Of a stretch of DNA of 64,000 bases, positions 51,501-64,000 are shown piece by piece (within the stretch, counting starts at the first letter, position 1; every line of letters begins with the position of its first letter). The stretch is from Bugula neritina (lineage: Eukaryota; Animalia; Bryozoa), in contig OZ037766.1 in assembly GCA_964035545.1 (NCBI GenBank), positions 14,250,722 to 14,314,721 of the forward strand, given 5' to 3'. The translations under genes and the position numbers were made by a program. Under the pieces are notes generated by a model. That model saw only the letters and a program-made list of their open reading frames with translations, did not search any database and was not told where the DNA came from.

Positions 51501-54500
51501 ATAAAATGACGCTTTGTCTATAAAACTGCCATAAAAAGCAAGAGCACTGGACATATAACAAAACAAAATGTCATGAAAACAAAAAAGGTCTAGATTATAA
51601 TTCAAACATATGTGATAAATAGTTTGAGGATTTACGGGATCACTTGAAAACATTAAACCAGTTTCTAACTTTACTACACTTACTTTACTATACTTACTTT
51701 ACTATACTTACTTCACTATACTAACTTCACTATACTTACTTTACTATACTTACTTTACTATACTTACTTTACTATACTTACTTTACTATACTTACTTTAC
51801 TATACTTACTTTACTATACTTACTTTACTATACTTACTTCACTATACTAACTTTACTATACTTACTTTACTATACTTACTTTACTATACTTACTTTACTA
51901 TACTTACTTTACTATACTTACTTTACTCACTTACTTTACTATACTTACTTTACTCACTTACTTTACTATACTTACTTTACTCACTTACTTTACTATACTT
52001 ACTTTACTCACTTACTTTACTATACTTACTTTACTCACTTACTTTACTATACTTACTTTGAGTGCGACTAAATCACTATTGAGACTGTGACCAATTAAAA
52101 CTGTGTCCTCCTGAAACATGTTCAGAAGTATGGCCTGCACTTCCTTCAGTGATGTGTCCACATCCTCAAAATTCTCTGGTGTCAGACCACTGAACCTACA
52201 CAAAAGTCACATCACACAGTCACAACATGCTAAATTAGTCACATCACACAGTTACAACATGCTACATTAGTCACATCACACAGTCACAACATGCTACATT
52301 AGTCACATTACACAGTCACAACATGCTACATTAGTCACATTACACAGTCACAACATGCTACATTAGTCACATCACACAGTCACAACATGCTACATTAGTC
52401 ACATTACACAGTCACAACATGCTACATTAGTCACATCACACAGTCACAACATGCTACATTAGTCACAGTGCACAGTCACATTGGTCAGTGACAGCATATC
52501 ACAGTACACAGTCACAAAAGTCACATCACATGGTCACAACATGTTACATCACAGCGTGGTACATTGCAGTCACATTACACAGTCACTGTGTATAAATTTA
52601 ATATGATGGAGATGCATGTAGTTTCACAGTTGCAACATATAAATGCACTTATAGCATCAGACAAAATAAACTTTTGAAAAGTTGTAACCCATTAAACAGG
52701 TGTCTTGGAGAGGACAACTCTAATAATCACTAGCATTATCAGGAATTTTTCAACAGTTGAGAAATTGCACTCTCCATAATTAGAGATGCTGCTGTAATCA
52801 TATTTAGCTGACCTATTTATTAAATGCACAAGAAGAAATATTTTGATACAAGTTTGCAGAAAATTTGTGGTCATCACCCAAATAACTCTTACCTAGTGTT
52901 ATAGTCTATAATCTCGCTGCTGGGTTTTATAACTGAGTCTAGCACCACTGAGAGCTTATCATTGATTACAGTAATTCGAGCTACTTCAATACCTTTCATA
53001 GTGTAGACCTACAACATAGTGTTAACCTGGCTGTAGTTCTATTTCATGATGTGCGTGTGGGTGGATGTGTATTGTAATTTATAGCAGGCCCGATCAACGA
53101 GGAAATAAAGAAAGCTGAAAATGCAGATGTCCAACTTCAGCCTATAAGTCACTACAGGTCACTAGTGAACTTAATCAAATAATATAGAACACAACTTTCA
53201 ACATCGTGAAAAACTAATAAACAGGAAATTAAAAAAAATTGTTGAAAAAAATTAGTAGTGGATCTAAAATAATAATGAATTAATGGTGAAAACATGACTA
53301 GACCAGGTAGTAAAATCTGTCAGTTTTCCACCAACTGCTCCACCACTTTTCAACTAAACAACTCACCATCTCACAATCTAAAGCAAATATTCCACAATAA
53401 TCATCTTCATTTTTAGCAAATGTTTTCATATATCCTGTTAAATCTTCAAACTTGTTAGTATCGTGAACATGGCCCACACATATAGTGCAACCTTCTGTTC
53501 CAGGCTTCCCATCGCAGCAGGAAAAATGCATATCTACCGAGCCGTGAACTGCATCAAAATTAATTGCAATGATGAAATACAGATATAGAATACAGGTGTA
53601 ATATGCAGGTATAGAGTACAAGTATGATATGCAGGTATAATATGTAGGTATAGAACATGTGGAGATGCGTACGTAATGCTAAATGAGACTAAAATAAACC
53701 TTATATACTGATAATTCTTAATAGTCACAACTGACTAGCAAGCAACAAGCTGCCTAATCAATTGACCATTTCAGGAAAAGAAGAGTTTGAAATTATGATC
53801 AGAATGAGAATATGCAGTGCAGTGATTTACAGTTTTGTGCGATTGTTTAGTTATATACACAACTGCATAGTATTACGGTATACAGCTAGTATTCCCATCA
53901 GATCTGCCAGTATGAAAGTAGCACAAACTAACCTCGCTTTTGAAAAGCTTTACCCCAATGATAAATACATTCTTCCTTTTTTATATACTCTCCATTTTCC
54001 CTCAACCCAAAATTTTTTCCACACCTGCGGCAAGTTCTAATGTTATCTACAATCATAAATTAAATTAAAAAGACAATTTTTTTTAACTTTTATTTGGTCA
54101 ATAGCATATATGTGAAATGTATTCAATTCAATACCGTATTCAACCATTCAAAGCAGGCTTGACACTGCAGTATTAAGTCATCAAACAATATTTAGCATTG
54201 GTGTGGCAGATACTTTCATCTGACAATGCTACTTATAATAAACAAAACCCATTCTACTCCTTTATAGTCACCGACATATTTTAATAAGCTGGACAAGGCA
54301 ATCACATATGATCTACAACAATCTAATCATCACAAAACACTAACTAATTACAATAATTATACTATAATTATTGATACTCACTCTTGATTTGCGGCAGCTT
54401 ATCGTAATGAGACCATTTAATGATTGCATGACCGGGTTTAGTTGAATCAGCTCGAGGGAATCCGTGTTCAACCAACTGAGCTTCAGTGAGAATGTACGAC

Positions 54501-57500
54501 CTCAACTTCTTGAACAAGAGATCACCTGAACAGAATGTTTATCCATGGTACTAAATACAATCTACTATGCTACTAGAGACAAAGGCGATAAAAGACTGGG
54601 GCATTTCATACTGCTTTACAATATTTAAGTTGTTAGCAAAATCATATGACAGAGAATTACCACCTTGCACATTTTATAAAATAACACTTAAATTTTTAGA
54701 CATTTGGCTAGTTAATTGAGATATTAGAAAAACTATAGCGAACTTTATCATTTACACTGAAATGCATGCATGTAATAAAATGCTAGTATATCATATTAGA
54801 GTTCAATAAATATGAATAAAAAATTTTACTTTACTAAGTACCTTTCCACTGTGAATAAACTTGTTAAAATACATGCAATAATTCGGCCATGTTTCTCCTT
54901 ACCAAATATATTACTCATTGTATTAGACTATGCATTAAACTCCTACTAACCACACATTTCTTCTTTAGTAGCAATGTTTGATGTTCGTCTTTTCAAGCCA
55001 ACTGTGAAACTACTAGCTGCTTTACCAGAAATAACCTCTTCATGTGATACCTGCAACATAAAAAGTTATTGCCTATCCTTGAAGTCATAGAAAAAACTAC
55101 TTAATTTGAACATAGAAAAGAAACTGACTGATGATAGAAGAGTACATATAAAACAAGCAGCGATCAGTGAAGCTTGGCTCTCTAGTCAATAGTTACTGTA
55201 ATACCAGAGTTCTGAAATCAAATTTAAAATAATCAACAAATGAAAACTGTTGATATGTACTAAATTTAGATATATTATTATATTATACCTTTAGTGAAGG
55301 TTTAGTAGAGCCGGTTGAGCCAACTTCATCTCTGATCTTCCTGATTACATTAGCCATAACATTGATATAGATCACCCTGCTGGTGGATCTGGCACAGGCA
55401 GCCTCTTCTTCAGACTTGGCCTGAAATAAGCCACCCACAGGTTTGTATTCCACTACACATTTCATCCATAAAAAATGGTGACTATCCAATAGCAAATATT
55501 TTTAAGAAAATGAAACAAAATGCATGGTAAAAACAGGTAAAATAAAGACAGCTGACATTCAAATTGACCAATATGAGACCACAAACAAAACTAAATATTC
55601 ATCAGGTACAAAGCTTTAAGTTATTAGATGAAAACAACCTCAACATACTAAACTCAAGTGTACTAACCCGGCTAAAAGCCTCACTTTCGTCAGAGTAGAG
55701 TTTCAAACACTCATCCACCAACATGTCAAGTTTTTGTTGCCGAACACCAACAGCTACCTTGCTCTTGCTTGCGGGAGATATACGTGGTCGAGCTAAAGAC
55801 TTCTTAGCTGTCTATAATTCAATATACAAATTATTGTACGTTACCTATTTATACATTTTAAAAGTGCTTTATACTAGTGTTTCTCACCTGTCACCGCTTT
55901 GTCCTGTACAGGTAGCCATGTTATACTAGTGGAATAAAAATAATGTTATTTCAGCAAAACCCATCACAAATAATCCCATACATTTGTTAATTAAACAACT
56001 GTGTAGACTTCCTGCAAACTTGACTCTCATAATAAACATACATATACCTTACTGGTGTACATGATAAAAAGACATACTATAGATTTGGTTTGATGAGCAA
56101 CTCTCCCTTGACCTTTATAAGTCCTTGAAACTGTAGCATTGGGTGTGTTGTTATAATCTGGTTTAGCACCATTGGATGGTAAGCTTGTGGATGATGACTT
56201 TTCCAGCTGGGATCAAAAAGATACTGTATTATTAAATTAGCATTTACAATTTAAATACAATTTCAACTGTACCACATAAACAAAGACAGTGCTTTCAACA
56301 TTTTAGATTAAATACCAACCAACATGAAACAGTGTTTATAACTTATTAATGGTTTGATATATAAATACAATTGTCATTCAAATTACCAACTAGCATCAAT
56401 CAATATCATAACTTTGATAAAACTAATCGTTGAACAGTGTAGCAACTCACACGCTGTCGCTCTAGTTCGGCCTGCTTCAACTTTTCATATCTTTCATGTA
56501 GAACTTGCTGGGCGCTAGATACTGCTCTTCGCTTCTTAACAGGATGTCTAGCATAATCCTAAATTTATAGCACATACTCATACATTACGCCACCTACATG
56601 CATGTCTTTGTTAACACCCTAGCTGCTAGCATATGTTAAAACCTGGCCTTTAGTTATAAAAAGTACACACATAAAGATCATGTTACAAATTATTAAATAG
56701 ACCCACACGTGCTCGTGAACGCACACCACGAACTCCCGAGCACGCTAACTCATCATATCAACATCAGCAGATAAAACATGCAGCAGATACATTTGCTGCT
56801 TACCTCTGCTCCCTCTCGAGCTTGTCTCTTTCGCGAGGCTTCTGGCGTGCTGACATCAACAACCTGTAATAAATTTCTTACTGAACATTCTCCTGCTCAG
56901 AATCACAGACAAACAAGGAACCTCATTGTATATGCGAAACTTCACAAAAACACAGAGCATATTTATTGAAAATATAATAATAGCTCAGCTGTGTATATCT
57001 AAATATTTTACACAAATAGCATATAACACTTTCATGTGCCTCCTTTATTAATAATAATACTCATTGAGGAATTAACTAATAAATGACTATGGAAGGTTTG
57101 TTTTCACACTAATAAAAATACTCAATACTGCTGATCATGTATCATGTGACCTTGCAGTTAAGTGAGTCCACACAAATTATTACCAAACACACAAAAAGAC
57201 TGCAACATAGTAATATAGAACCCAATACATACCTTAGTTTTCTTGCTTTGAGCACCACTCATAGCTTCAGGTGTGTGCTGAAACATCGCAAACAACTCTT
57301 TACACTGATCGGAGTCACCCTCACTTGAAACAATAATGGGATGACTTTTCTTAGTTTTCACAGCTTCTTTAACTGCAGAACCACTCTTTAATTTTTCACT
57401 AGACTTTAATTGCACTTCCGGAGTAGCATCACTGCTAACTTTTGGAGGTGTTTTATCTAAATCAGGTAGTTGCAACAAATATGTATCTTCATCACTCGAG

Positions 57501-59461
57501 CTTGAACCACCAGTTAAATCTATAAATGATGATCTCGAGTTGGTATTGGACACTGTGGGTGTCTGATTCTCTGTCCTGGAGGTAGTTGGTGATGAGACTT
57601 CTTCGATGACCTCATCATCAGAAGCTTCGCCAAACATATCCAAAAACTCTTCATACACAACTTTAGTGACCCGGTGTTTTGAACTAGCTGCTTGTTCCTT
57701 TTCCTCATTTGTTCTCTTTTCTGAATTATCTACTACTACTTGCTCTTCACACTTAGGTTCTGTCTGACTATCAACAGCATGATTTGAAAGACTTTCACTG
57801 TCGGTCTTCGCAAATAACGGTGAACTGGTTTCAATGTCATCAGATGGAGCCAGCTTGGTGACATCCTGAAATAATTGAAGAAGCCAAAATGTGACGAAAC
57901 TGTGCGTAGTTGTTTATACAACGTAAATTGAAAACAGACATTTGATAAAAAAAACCATCTTATGCAGTCTGACAAAAGTATACTTACCAACGAGATCTCT
58001 TCATCAGTTGGAGTGATTGCACTTTTATCATCTTTTAGATTTGTCGAACTTGGACTTGAAACCTCTGATTCAAACTGACCAATGACTTGAAACTCAGCAT
58101 TGATCACTGCATCTACAGCAGCTGCCTGAAAGTCGAAACAATGTATATATGATCGGCATATTTTATAGTTCTTTGTGTTCAATTGTTATAAATAAATAAT
58201 GGAGTATTATTTTCTACAAATTTAAATATAAGTTGTCCATCAGCTATAAGTAGATAGAGTTTTAAATATTGCAAAAAACATCATTGATAAAACCAAAAAA
58301 TCATTCTAGCCCAAAGTGGTTAAGCTTAGCCTGAGATATTAGAAAACTACAAAATTGCTACAGAATACAATTACGCGAATAACAGTCATACGCAGCCTAT
58401 CCTGTATCAATATAATATAATAATCATTGTGATGGTGCAGAGTTGCAAGGGAGTGAAACTAACTTGAGCAGAATCTTTAGTGTCAATATCATCAGGAGCA
58501 GCAGAGGCAGCGTGGATTTTATTGAGTTCTGATATAGGAGTAGGTTTATAGACAAGAGTAGATGGTCCAGTTGGAAAGGGAGCATGTTGGTAGTGTGGCT
58601 TAGGTAATGTAGCTGATCTATATGCTGAAGATTTTGGTTTGGAGTAAGGGACGTACTTGCTATCAGTCCCTGAAGCTGTACTAGCATCTATGGCTACAGC
58701 ACAAACATGATACGGTACTGGCTTTCAAGTATATTCATGCATATCATTCATAACTCAATAGCAAACCTGCCAGTTGAGTGGCTGTATTGATACTTTTATA
58801 TATAGAACTCACGCAGGTTTACAGTCACCATCACTGCGAAAAACCCCTGATGAAAAGGACTTTTTAAAGCGGGTTAAGGATTTATTCAGATGTGGGCACA
58901 GGAGCAGTTATGACTGGATGCTCTTCCTAACATCACCAATGGCCTTTATTGAGGCTCGAACCTATGACTTCGTGCTTACTAAGCCAAACGCTCTAGCCCC
59001 TAGAGTACGGCTGCTCCCTATTGATACTTTTATATTATATGTCTTCAAGTTTATATAATTAGGGGTATTAAAAATAGAAAACAATCATTTGTTCAATTAC
59101 ACAGAAATCATGTGAGATCAGTAATTATCAATAAATGGGAGGGGTTACAACTTTACCATAAAACAATCACAATGAACTTGGTAAATACATGTTGGATAAA
59201 AAATATTAGAGCGTCCAGTGCACTTTTAAGCATTGCAAACAGATGATTATACTACTAAAGCTTGAATTAATTCCATTAAAAGAATTCTTACTTACATGAA
59301 CAATGTGGTGTTAACTTTTTACTGCTATATGCTGCTGGTGTGCCATGTCTATCATTAATACTATACTTCTGATGTTTAAAATGACAATTTGGTCTATTAC
59401 ATGTAGATTCATTATAAAAAGGGCACTGCAGACTTTTGAAATAACCTGATGTAGGAAACAT
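45538..59461 (-). CDS. REXO1: RNA exonuclease 1 homolog (DEDDh exonuclease, ~916 aa)
   Basis: 17 in-phase exons (-): 59461-59296, 58693-58464, 58125-57988, 57865-57233, 56863-56804, 56558-56451, 56206-56078, 55811-55668, 55420-55289, 55050-54951, 54525-54382, 54046-53933, 53548-53367, 53008-52893, 52195-52057, 51349-51226, 45629-45538. Motifs: [90 protein letters not shown]. Confidence 0.95.
46442..47600 (+). pseudogene. THAP-domain gene (transposase N-terminus), disrupted and truncated
   Basis: 46442-46683: [54 protein letters not shown], with the conserved Trp read as TAG. 47164-47322: [11 protein letters not shown] (AVPT box), junction one base out of phase. ~47453-47597 ends RSKAVQC. No catalytic domain seen afterwards. 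Confidence 0.85.
48390..50122 (-). CDS. Transposon accessory protein with P2X7 C-terminal ballast / nanor-like Cys-rich domain (KolX-like, 208 aa)
   Basis: Three in-phase exons 50122-49928, 48914-48707, 48613-48390. Motifs GYQFEP; [27 protein letters not shown]; [30 protein letters not shown]. No stops or frameshifts. Confidence 0.85.
51669..52059. repeat. 13/14-bp minisatellite (~28 copies) built from a splice-donor sequence
   Basis: Unit ctttactatactta, variant ctttactcactta; reads AAAGTAAGTATAGT on the REXO1 strand and starts exactly at the exon 15 donor (52057/52056). Confidence 0.97.
52205..52586. repeat. 32-bp minisatellite (~8 good copies plus a degenerate tail)
   Basis: Unit agtcacatcacacagtcacaacatgctacatt; lies ~10 bp from the REXO1 exon 15 acceptor. 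Confidence 0.96.
58802..59018 (-). mobile_element. tRNA-derived SINE with 17-bp target site duplication
   Basis: Direct repeat tattgatacttttatat at 58785-58801 and 59019-59035. Minus strand has an A-box-like TACTCTAGGGG, B-box GGTTCGAGCC, then GGTGATGTTAGGAAGAGCATCCAGTCATAA. Confidence 0.88.
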
Positions 59462-61259
59462 TTCACCTACAAGTAAATTTGCAAGTGTGATATTATAAAA
59501 TAGTTATGTGAAAAGCTAATAAACTATCCGATGACTTAGTAAAGAGCCATGCTGTCCAAGGCATAAATTATCAATAGGACTGCTTAAAACTACACAACCT
59601 ATAAAACTAGGAAATAAAATCTCAAATGAATAAGTATGATGAGCACTGTTCACTATTTGGTATTATTATTATTCATATAAATAACAATATATGTGCAGTT
59701 GCCTTTCCAAAAATTTGTAGCAACATAATTGTAGAAGCATTTCCATTTTCAGTAGCATATACAAACAACATAAAACATGAATGGAAAAAATCTTAATCAT
59801 GCCAACTAGATACCACACCTTTAGCATAACAAGCGTCAAAGAGTTGCAGTAGAGACATTATCTTTTCTGAACACTCAGTTACATAATGAATGTATTCTAC
59901 ATGACTCTATGCTTGTAGCCTTGTACCATACCATATTTTAAACATAGTATTGACCTTCTGCAACATTAATATCACTATATAGGCATCTACAGGTTATGCA
60001 TTAATCATGTTAGCCATTGCACTTATTCTTTAACAGCTAGAAAGAGAGCCAAGAGGAGTTTACTCTTACCATATAATATGCACTCACCATTACACCATGA
60101 CTACGATCATCATCATGACCATGACCATGTCGATAGATATTACTATAAGTATAACTATTAGACTTACTTTTACTTTTAGTGTCATATGCTCATACTCATA
60201 TTTATATAGATTATCATTCCAATTTTCATTAGTACATCTATGTGGATATTATAATTAACATTTTAATTCATTATCACATAATCAAGATTAGTTTGAATAT
60301 GAATATCACAGAATATGCATATATATATTTATGTTAGTAGTATCACATTGAGTCTACCGTCTCTACGTCTTAGTATGAGTATCAGCATGACAATCAGTAT
60401 GAGTATGAGTATCAATAAGCTATCACTATGAGTATGACTAAAGCCACATAGTTAGAGTTATAGATCTACTTACACTTATAGTGAATGCGGCTGAAAATAT
60501 ATAGTAATACTAATAGTGTTATGGCAATCATGTTCATGTTGATAATGATTAATGACTGTCATTGATTTTAATAATATGGCAAGCACAATATAAATACCAT
60601 TGAGTTTGACATCCTCGTCATGACTTTATTTATTGTGAGTGTGAGTATGAGTATCATTTAATGATTTATTACTATTAGTCATCATTCATCATCAGTATTA
60701 GAATTAGTATGAAGATGAGTATCACTCACAGTTATACCCACAGTATGAGTATCATTCACATTGTCATAGTCATAATCATAATGATAATCAGTGATTATCA
60801 GTATGAGTATTCAGTATGAGTATCAGTGTCACCATCATGATCAACTGAAATGATTATGAATATCAAATTCAATTACAATATAAATATCAACATCATTATC
60901 AATAATAATTAAAATGTTGATGTTATAAATATATGAATATCAATATGATAGTGTATCATGTAATTGTATGATAATGATGTATCATTGTCGATTGACATTA
61001 TCATTATGATTATGATTATCATAATCCTTATCCTTTTCATTATCATTATGATTATCGTGTATCGGTGTAACTGTATGTAAGATATTACTATTAAGAATTG
61101 TCATACTAAATTTCCTATTTTATAACAGAAATAATTATGACTCGGTATATAATTTTCTTAAACGAATTTCCATTCAGGTTTTGAAGGACAGTATAATTTT
61201 TAGTTGAGCATAGTGATAATAGTAATACTTATACTATAAAATCTGATTGTTATGAAGTA

Positions 61260-61726
61260 CAGTGTGGTATATTAAGAGTGTTGCCATTAGCAAATCTTAC
61301 GGAATCATATGGGCGCCATTATGCCGAGATTGGTACCGCGAGTTTATATAAGTTATAAGGGAAAAATTTTGCCACTTTTGTTATTTTATTTTTTTTCTAT
61401 TTTATGTGTACATTTTTTTTTAATTTTTTTTATTGGTAAAGTTTTTAAACACATTTTTAATGCACATAAAATTAAAAGAAAAATTAAAACTCAATCATGC
61501 ACATAAATACAAAGCTATAAAGTTCAAGCTTCGCTGTGATTTTAATGTGAATATGAATTGAATAATGCTTGCAATAACCATTATACACAAAATACGTTAC
61601 AGTTGCTATAAATGTAAGACTAGTTAATTGGATGCAAATAAGCACGGTAATACTACTTAATTTATGCTATTTTTGAATTTTGTAGTAAATATTTGGCATG
61701 TATATATATATATATATATATATATA

Positions 61727-61762
<36 letters not shown>

Positions 61763-62861
61763 ATATTATTATATATATATAATATATAATATTATTATAT
61801 GTATATATATATATTATATATAATATCATTATATATATATATAATGTATATAATTTAATATATAATATAATAATATATTATATATGATATTATTATATAT
61901 ATAATATATATATATTATATTATATAATATATTAATGCATAATATATTATTATAATATATATATATCATATATAATATAATATATAATATAATAATATAT
62001 TATACATGATATTATATATATATAATATATATATAATATAATATATAATATAATAATATATAATATATTATTAAAAAAATATATATATATTATATATAAC
62101 ATTATTATACTTGTATAATATATATATATAATATAATATAATATATAATATATAATAATATATAATATATTATTATAATATATATATATATATATTATAA
62201 ATAATATAATATAATAATATATTTTATATGATATTATATATATATAATATATATAATATATATATAATATAATATATAATATAATAATATATTATATTAT
62301 TATATTATATAATATATTATTATAATATATATATATTATATATAATATTATTATACTTATATAATATATATAATATAACAATATATAACATAAAAATATA
62401 TAATATATTATTATAATATATATATATATATAATACATGCCGAATATTTACTACAAATTTCAAAAATAGCATAAATTAAATAGTATCACCGTGCCTATTT
62501 GCATCCAATTTACTAGTCTTACATTTATAGCAACTGTAACATATTTTGTGTAAAATGGTTATTGCAAGCATTATTCAATTCATATTCACATTGTAATCAC
62601 AGCGAAGCTTAAACTTTATAGCTTTGTATTTACGTGCATGATTAAGTTTTAATTTTTTTTAAAATTTTATATGTATTGAAAATATGTTTAAAAACTTTAC
62701 CAATAAACAAAACTAAAAAAAATGGACACATAATATAAAAAAAAAATAAAATCACAAAAGTGGCAAAATTTTTCCTTTATAACTTATATAAACTTGCGGT
62801 ACCATTAGCGACATAATGATTTTTCATGGTTTAAAGTCAACACTCTTAATATACCACACTG
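61260..62861. mobile_element. Non-autonomous foldback element, hAT-like, with ~430-bp TIRs and AT-only core
   Basis: Ends CAGTGTGGTATATTAAGAGTGTTG ... CAACACTCTTAATATACCACACTG; perfect 8-bp TSD ATGAAGTA (61252-61259, 62862-62869); inverted arms ~61260-61700 and ~62435-62861. Confidence 0.92.
61700..62435. repeat. Complex TA/TAA low-complexity tract
   Basis: Almost only A and T; forms the spacer of the foldback element. Confidence 0.97.
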
Positions 62862-63494
62862 ATGAAGTACTATTGTACATGTAATATAAATGTTACTCGC
62901 TACAAATCAATGATTTTTTTGATGGCCAATGACCGTTGCTTTACTAATTATAGTTACCTTGTCGGAAAACTCATATTTATTGCGATTTAAATGATTGTCT
63001 CATAATAGTGATCTCTACCATAGTTGCCCGATTAGATATCCTGTTCATTTATGAAACGATGTTAGGGCAGCTAATTCCAATTAATACTTTCACCATATCA
63101 CGTTGTGAATGGCAGCTTCAACTTTTAGGATTTTATTCCCACTCCATGAATATGCTTCAGCTTATTTATGCCTTGTGATGTCACAACTCACGTTATAGTT
63201 TATATTAGGGTACCCGATAATACGTAACTTTAATGTTAAGACACAAACTTGAGTCAAAAATGAGGATATATTATCAAGGACAGATGAGCAGTCTGTTTGA
63301 AAAGAATTCAACTTATTGGTCAACATGGTAAACAAAGAATTTGTCACAGATTTCTGTTGTCCCAGTAATTTTATTAACACAACTATAATTGAATACCATC
63401 TTTCAATTCACATTGAAGTCCTGCTAAAACATTATTTTAAATACTATTTCCAGAAAAAAAAGAGAGTGAGGTTTCATGAATAGAAAGCTAAAAG

Positions 63495-63707
63495 TTATTT
63501 CTGTAGCTTGTTGACCATCTCTTCTTTAGTTATTAGATGTGTAGATTTCTTGACAAGATTCATCAAATCCTGTATGTTTCTTGACCAGTCATCTAGTATG
63601 TCATTTGGGTTCTTTCTGCTAGCAAACTGTATGATACCATTCAATCTGTTGATCTTAGCAGAGACGGTTTTCTTGACCACCAACTTTGATAGGAACTCTT
63701 CGGTTTC
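63495..63707 (-). CDS. PSMD12: 26S proteasome non-ATPase regulatory subunit 12 (Rpn5), last coding exon
   Basis: After acceptor ttttactag: ETEEFLSKLVVKKTVSAKINRLNGIIQFASRKNPNDILDDWSRNIQDLMNLVKKSTHLITKEEMVNKLQK*, the characteristic Rpn5 C-terminus. The rest of the gene is outside the window. Confidence 0.95.
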   Translation of the reverse strand, partial: ETEEFLSKLVVKKTVSAKINRLNGIIQFASRKNPNDILDDWSRNIQDLMNLVKKSTHLITKEEMVNKLQK

Positions 63708-64000
63708 CTAGTAAAATTGCTCACAGATACTAACACAAGTTTCATGCATTAATCAATGATGAGCAAGGTAGCCGCCCTTTATTATTGGCAACATTTGCTT
63801 TAATTGGTAAAGTAATAATAGGTTAGTTGATTAATTAGAAACAAACATCAAGTTGAGAAAACTGGAATAGTAACAAGAATGCATTAATTGCATAAATGGC
63901 CCAGCATAAACACATGCTACACTATCTGGAGAATTGTGCATGATCTAGAAAAGATGCTAATCTTAACTAAATTTTTAAACAATATACCAATGAAATATAA

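Noticed and set aside
58940-59018. Possible tRNA gene
   Set aside because: A and B boxes are present but there is no convincing cloverleaf, and it heads a TSD-flanked SINE.
61309-61506. 65-aa ORF
   Set aside because: Lies within the foldback TIR; low complexity, no domain.

Overview
AT-rich, intron-rich metazoan (invertebrate-looking) genomic DNA; no prokaryotic features. Gene models were built by hand from GT-AG junctions and reading-frame phase. Left to right: (1) a 5'-incomplete TMC1/2/3-type transmembrane channel-like gene (+); (2) three tandem, highly diverged minus-strand paralogues (A 12626-7476, B 23779-16181, C 42626-29027) with a shared exon scaffold, an N-terminal TTC3/DZIP3-like helical region and a C-terminal RING-H2, with three CCCH zinc fingers in B and C but not A; (3) REXO1 (-, 17 exons); (4) the last exon of PSMD12/Rpn5 (-). 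Mobile DNA: a 7.8-kb decayed, TA-microsatellite-flanked element in intron 2 of paralogue C, with tyrosine-recombinase-like remnants and an array of 13-7-13 palindromes resembling recombinase sites; a 4.9-kb TTAA-flanked Kolobok-like element in the last REXO1 intron, with a dead THAP gene and an intact spliced gene for a P2X7-ballast-like Cys-rich protein; a 1.6-kb foldback element with an 8-bp TSD; a tRNA-derived SINE with a 17-bp TSD; a LINE 3' fragment; two solo-LTR candidates; and several minisatellites, one built from tandem copies of a splice donor. Family assignments come from motif recognition, not database searches.
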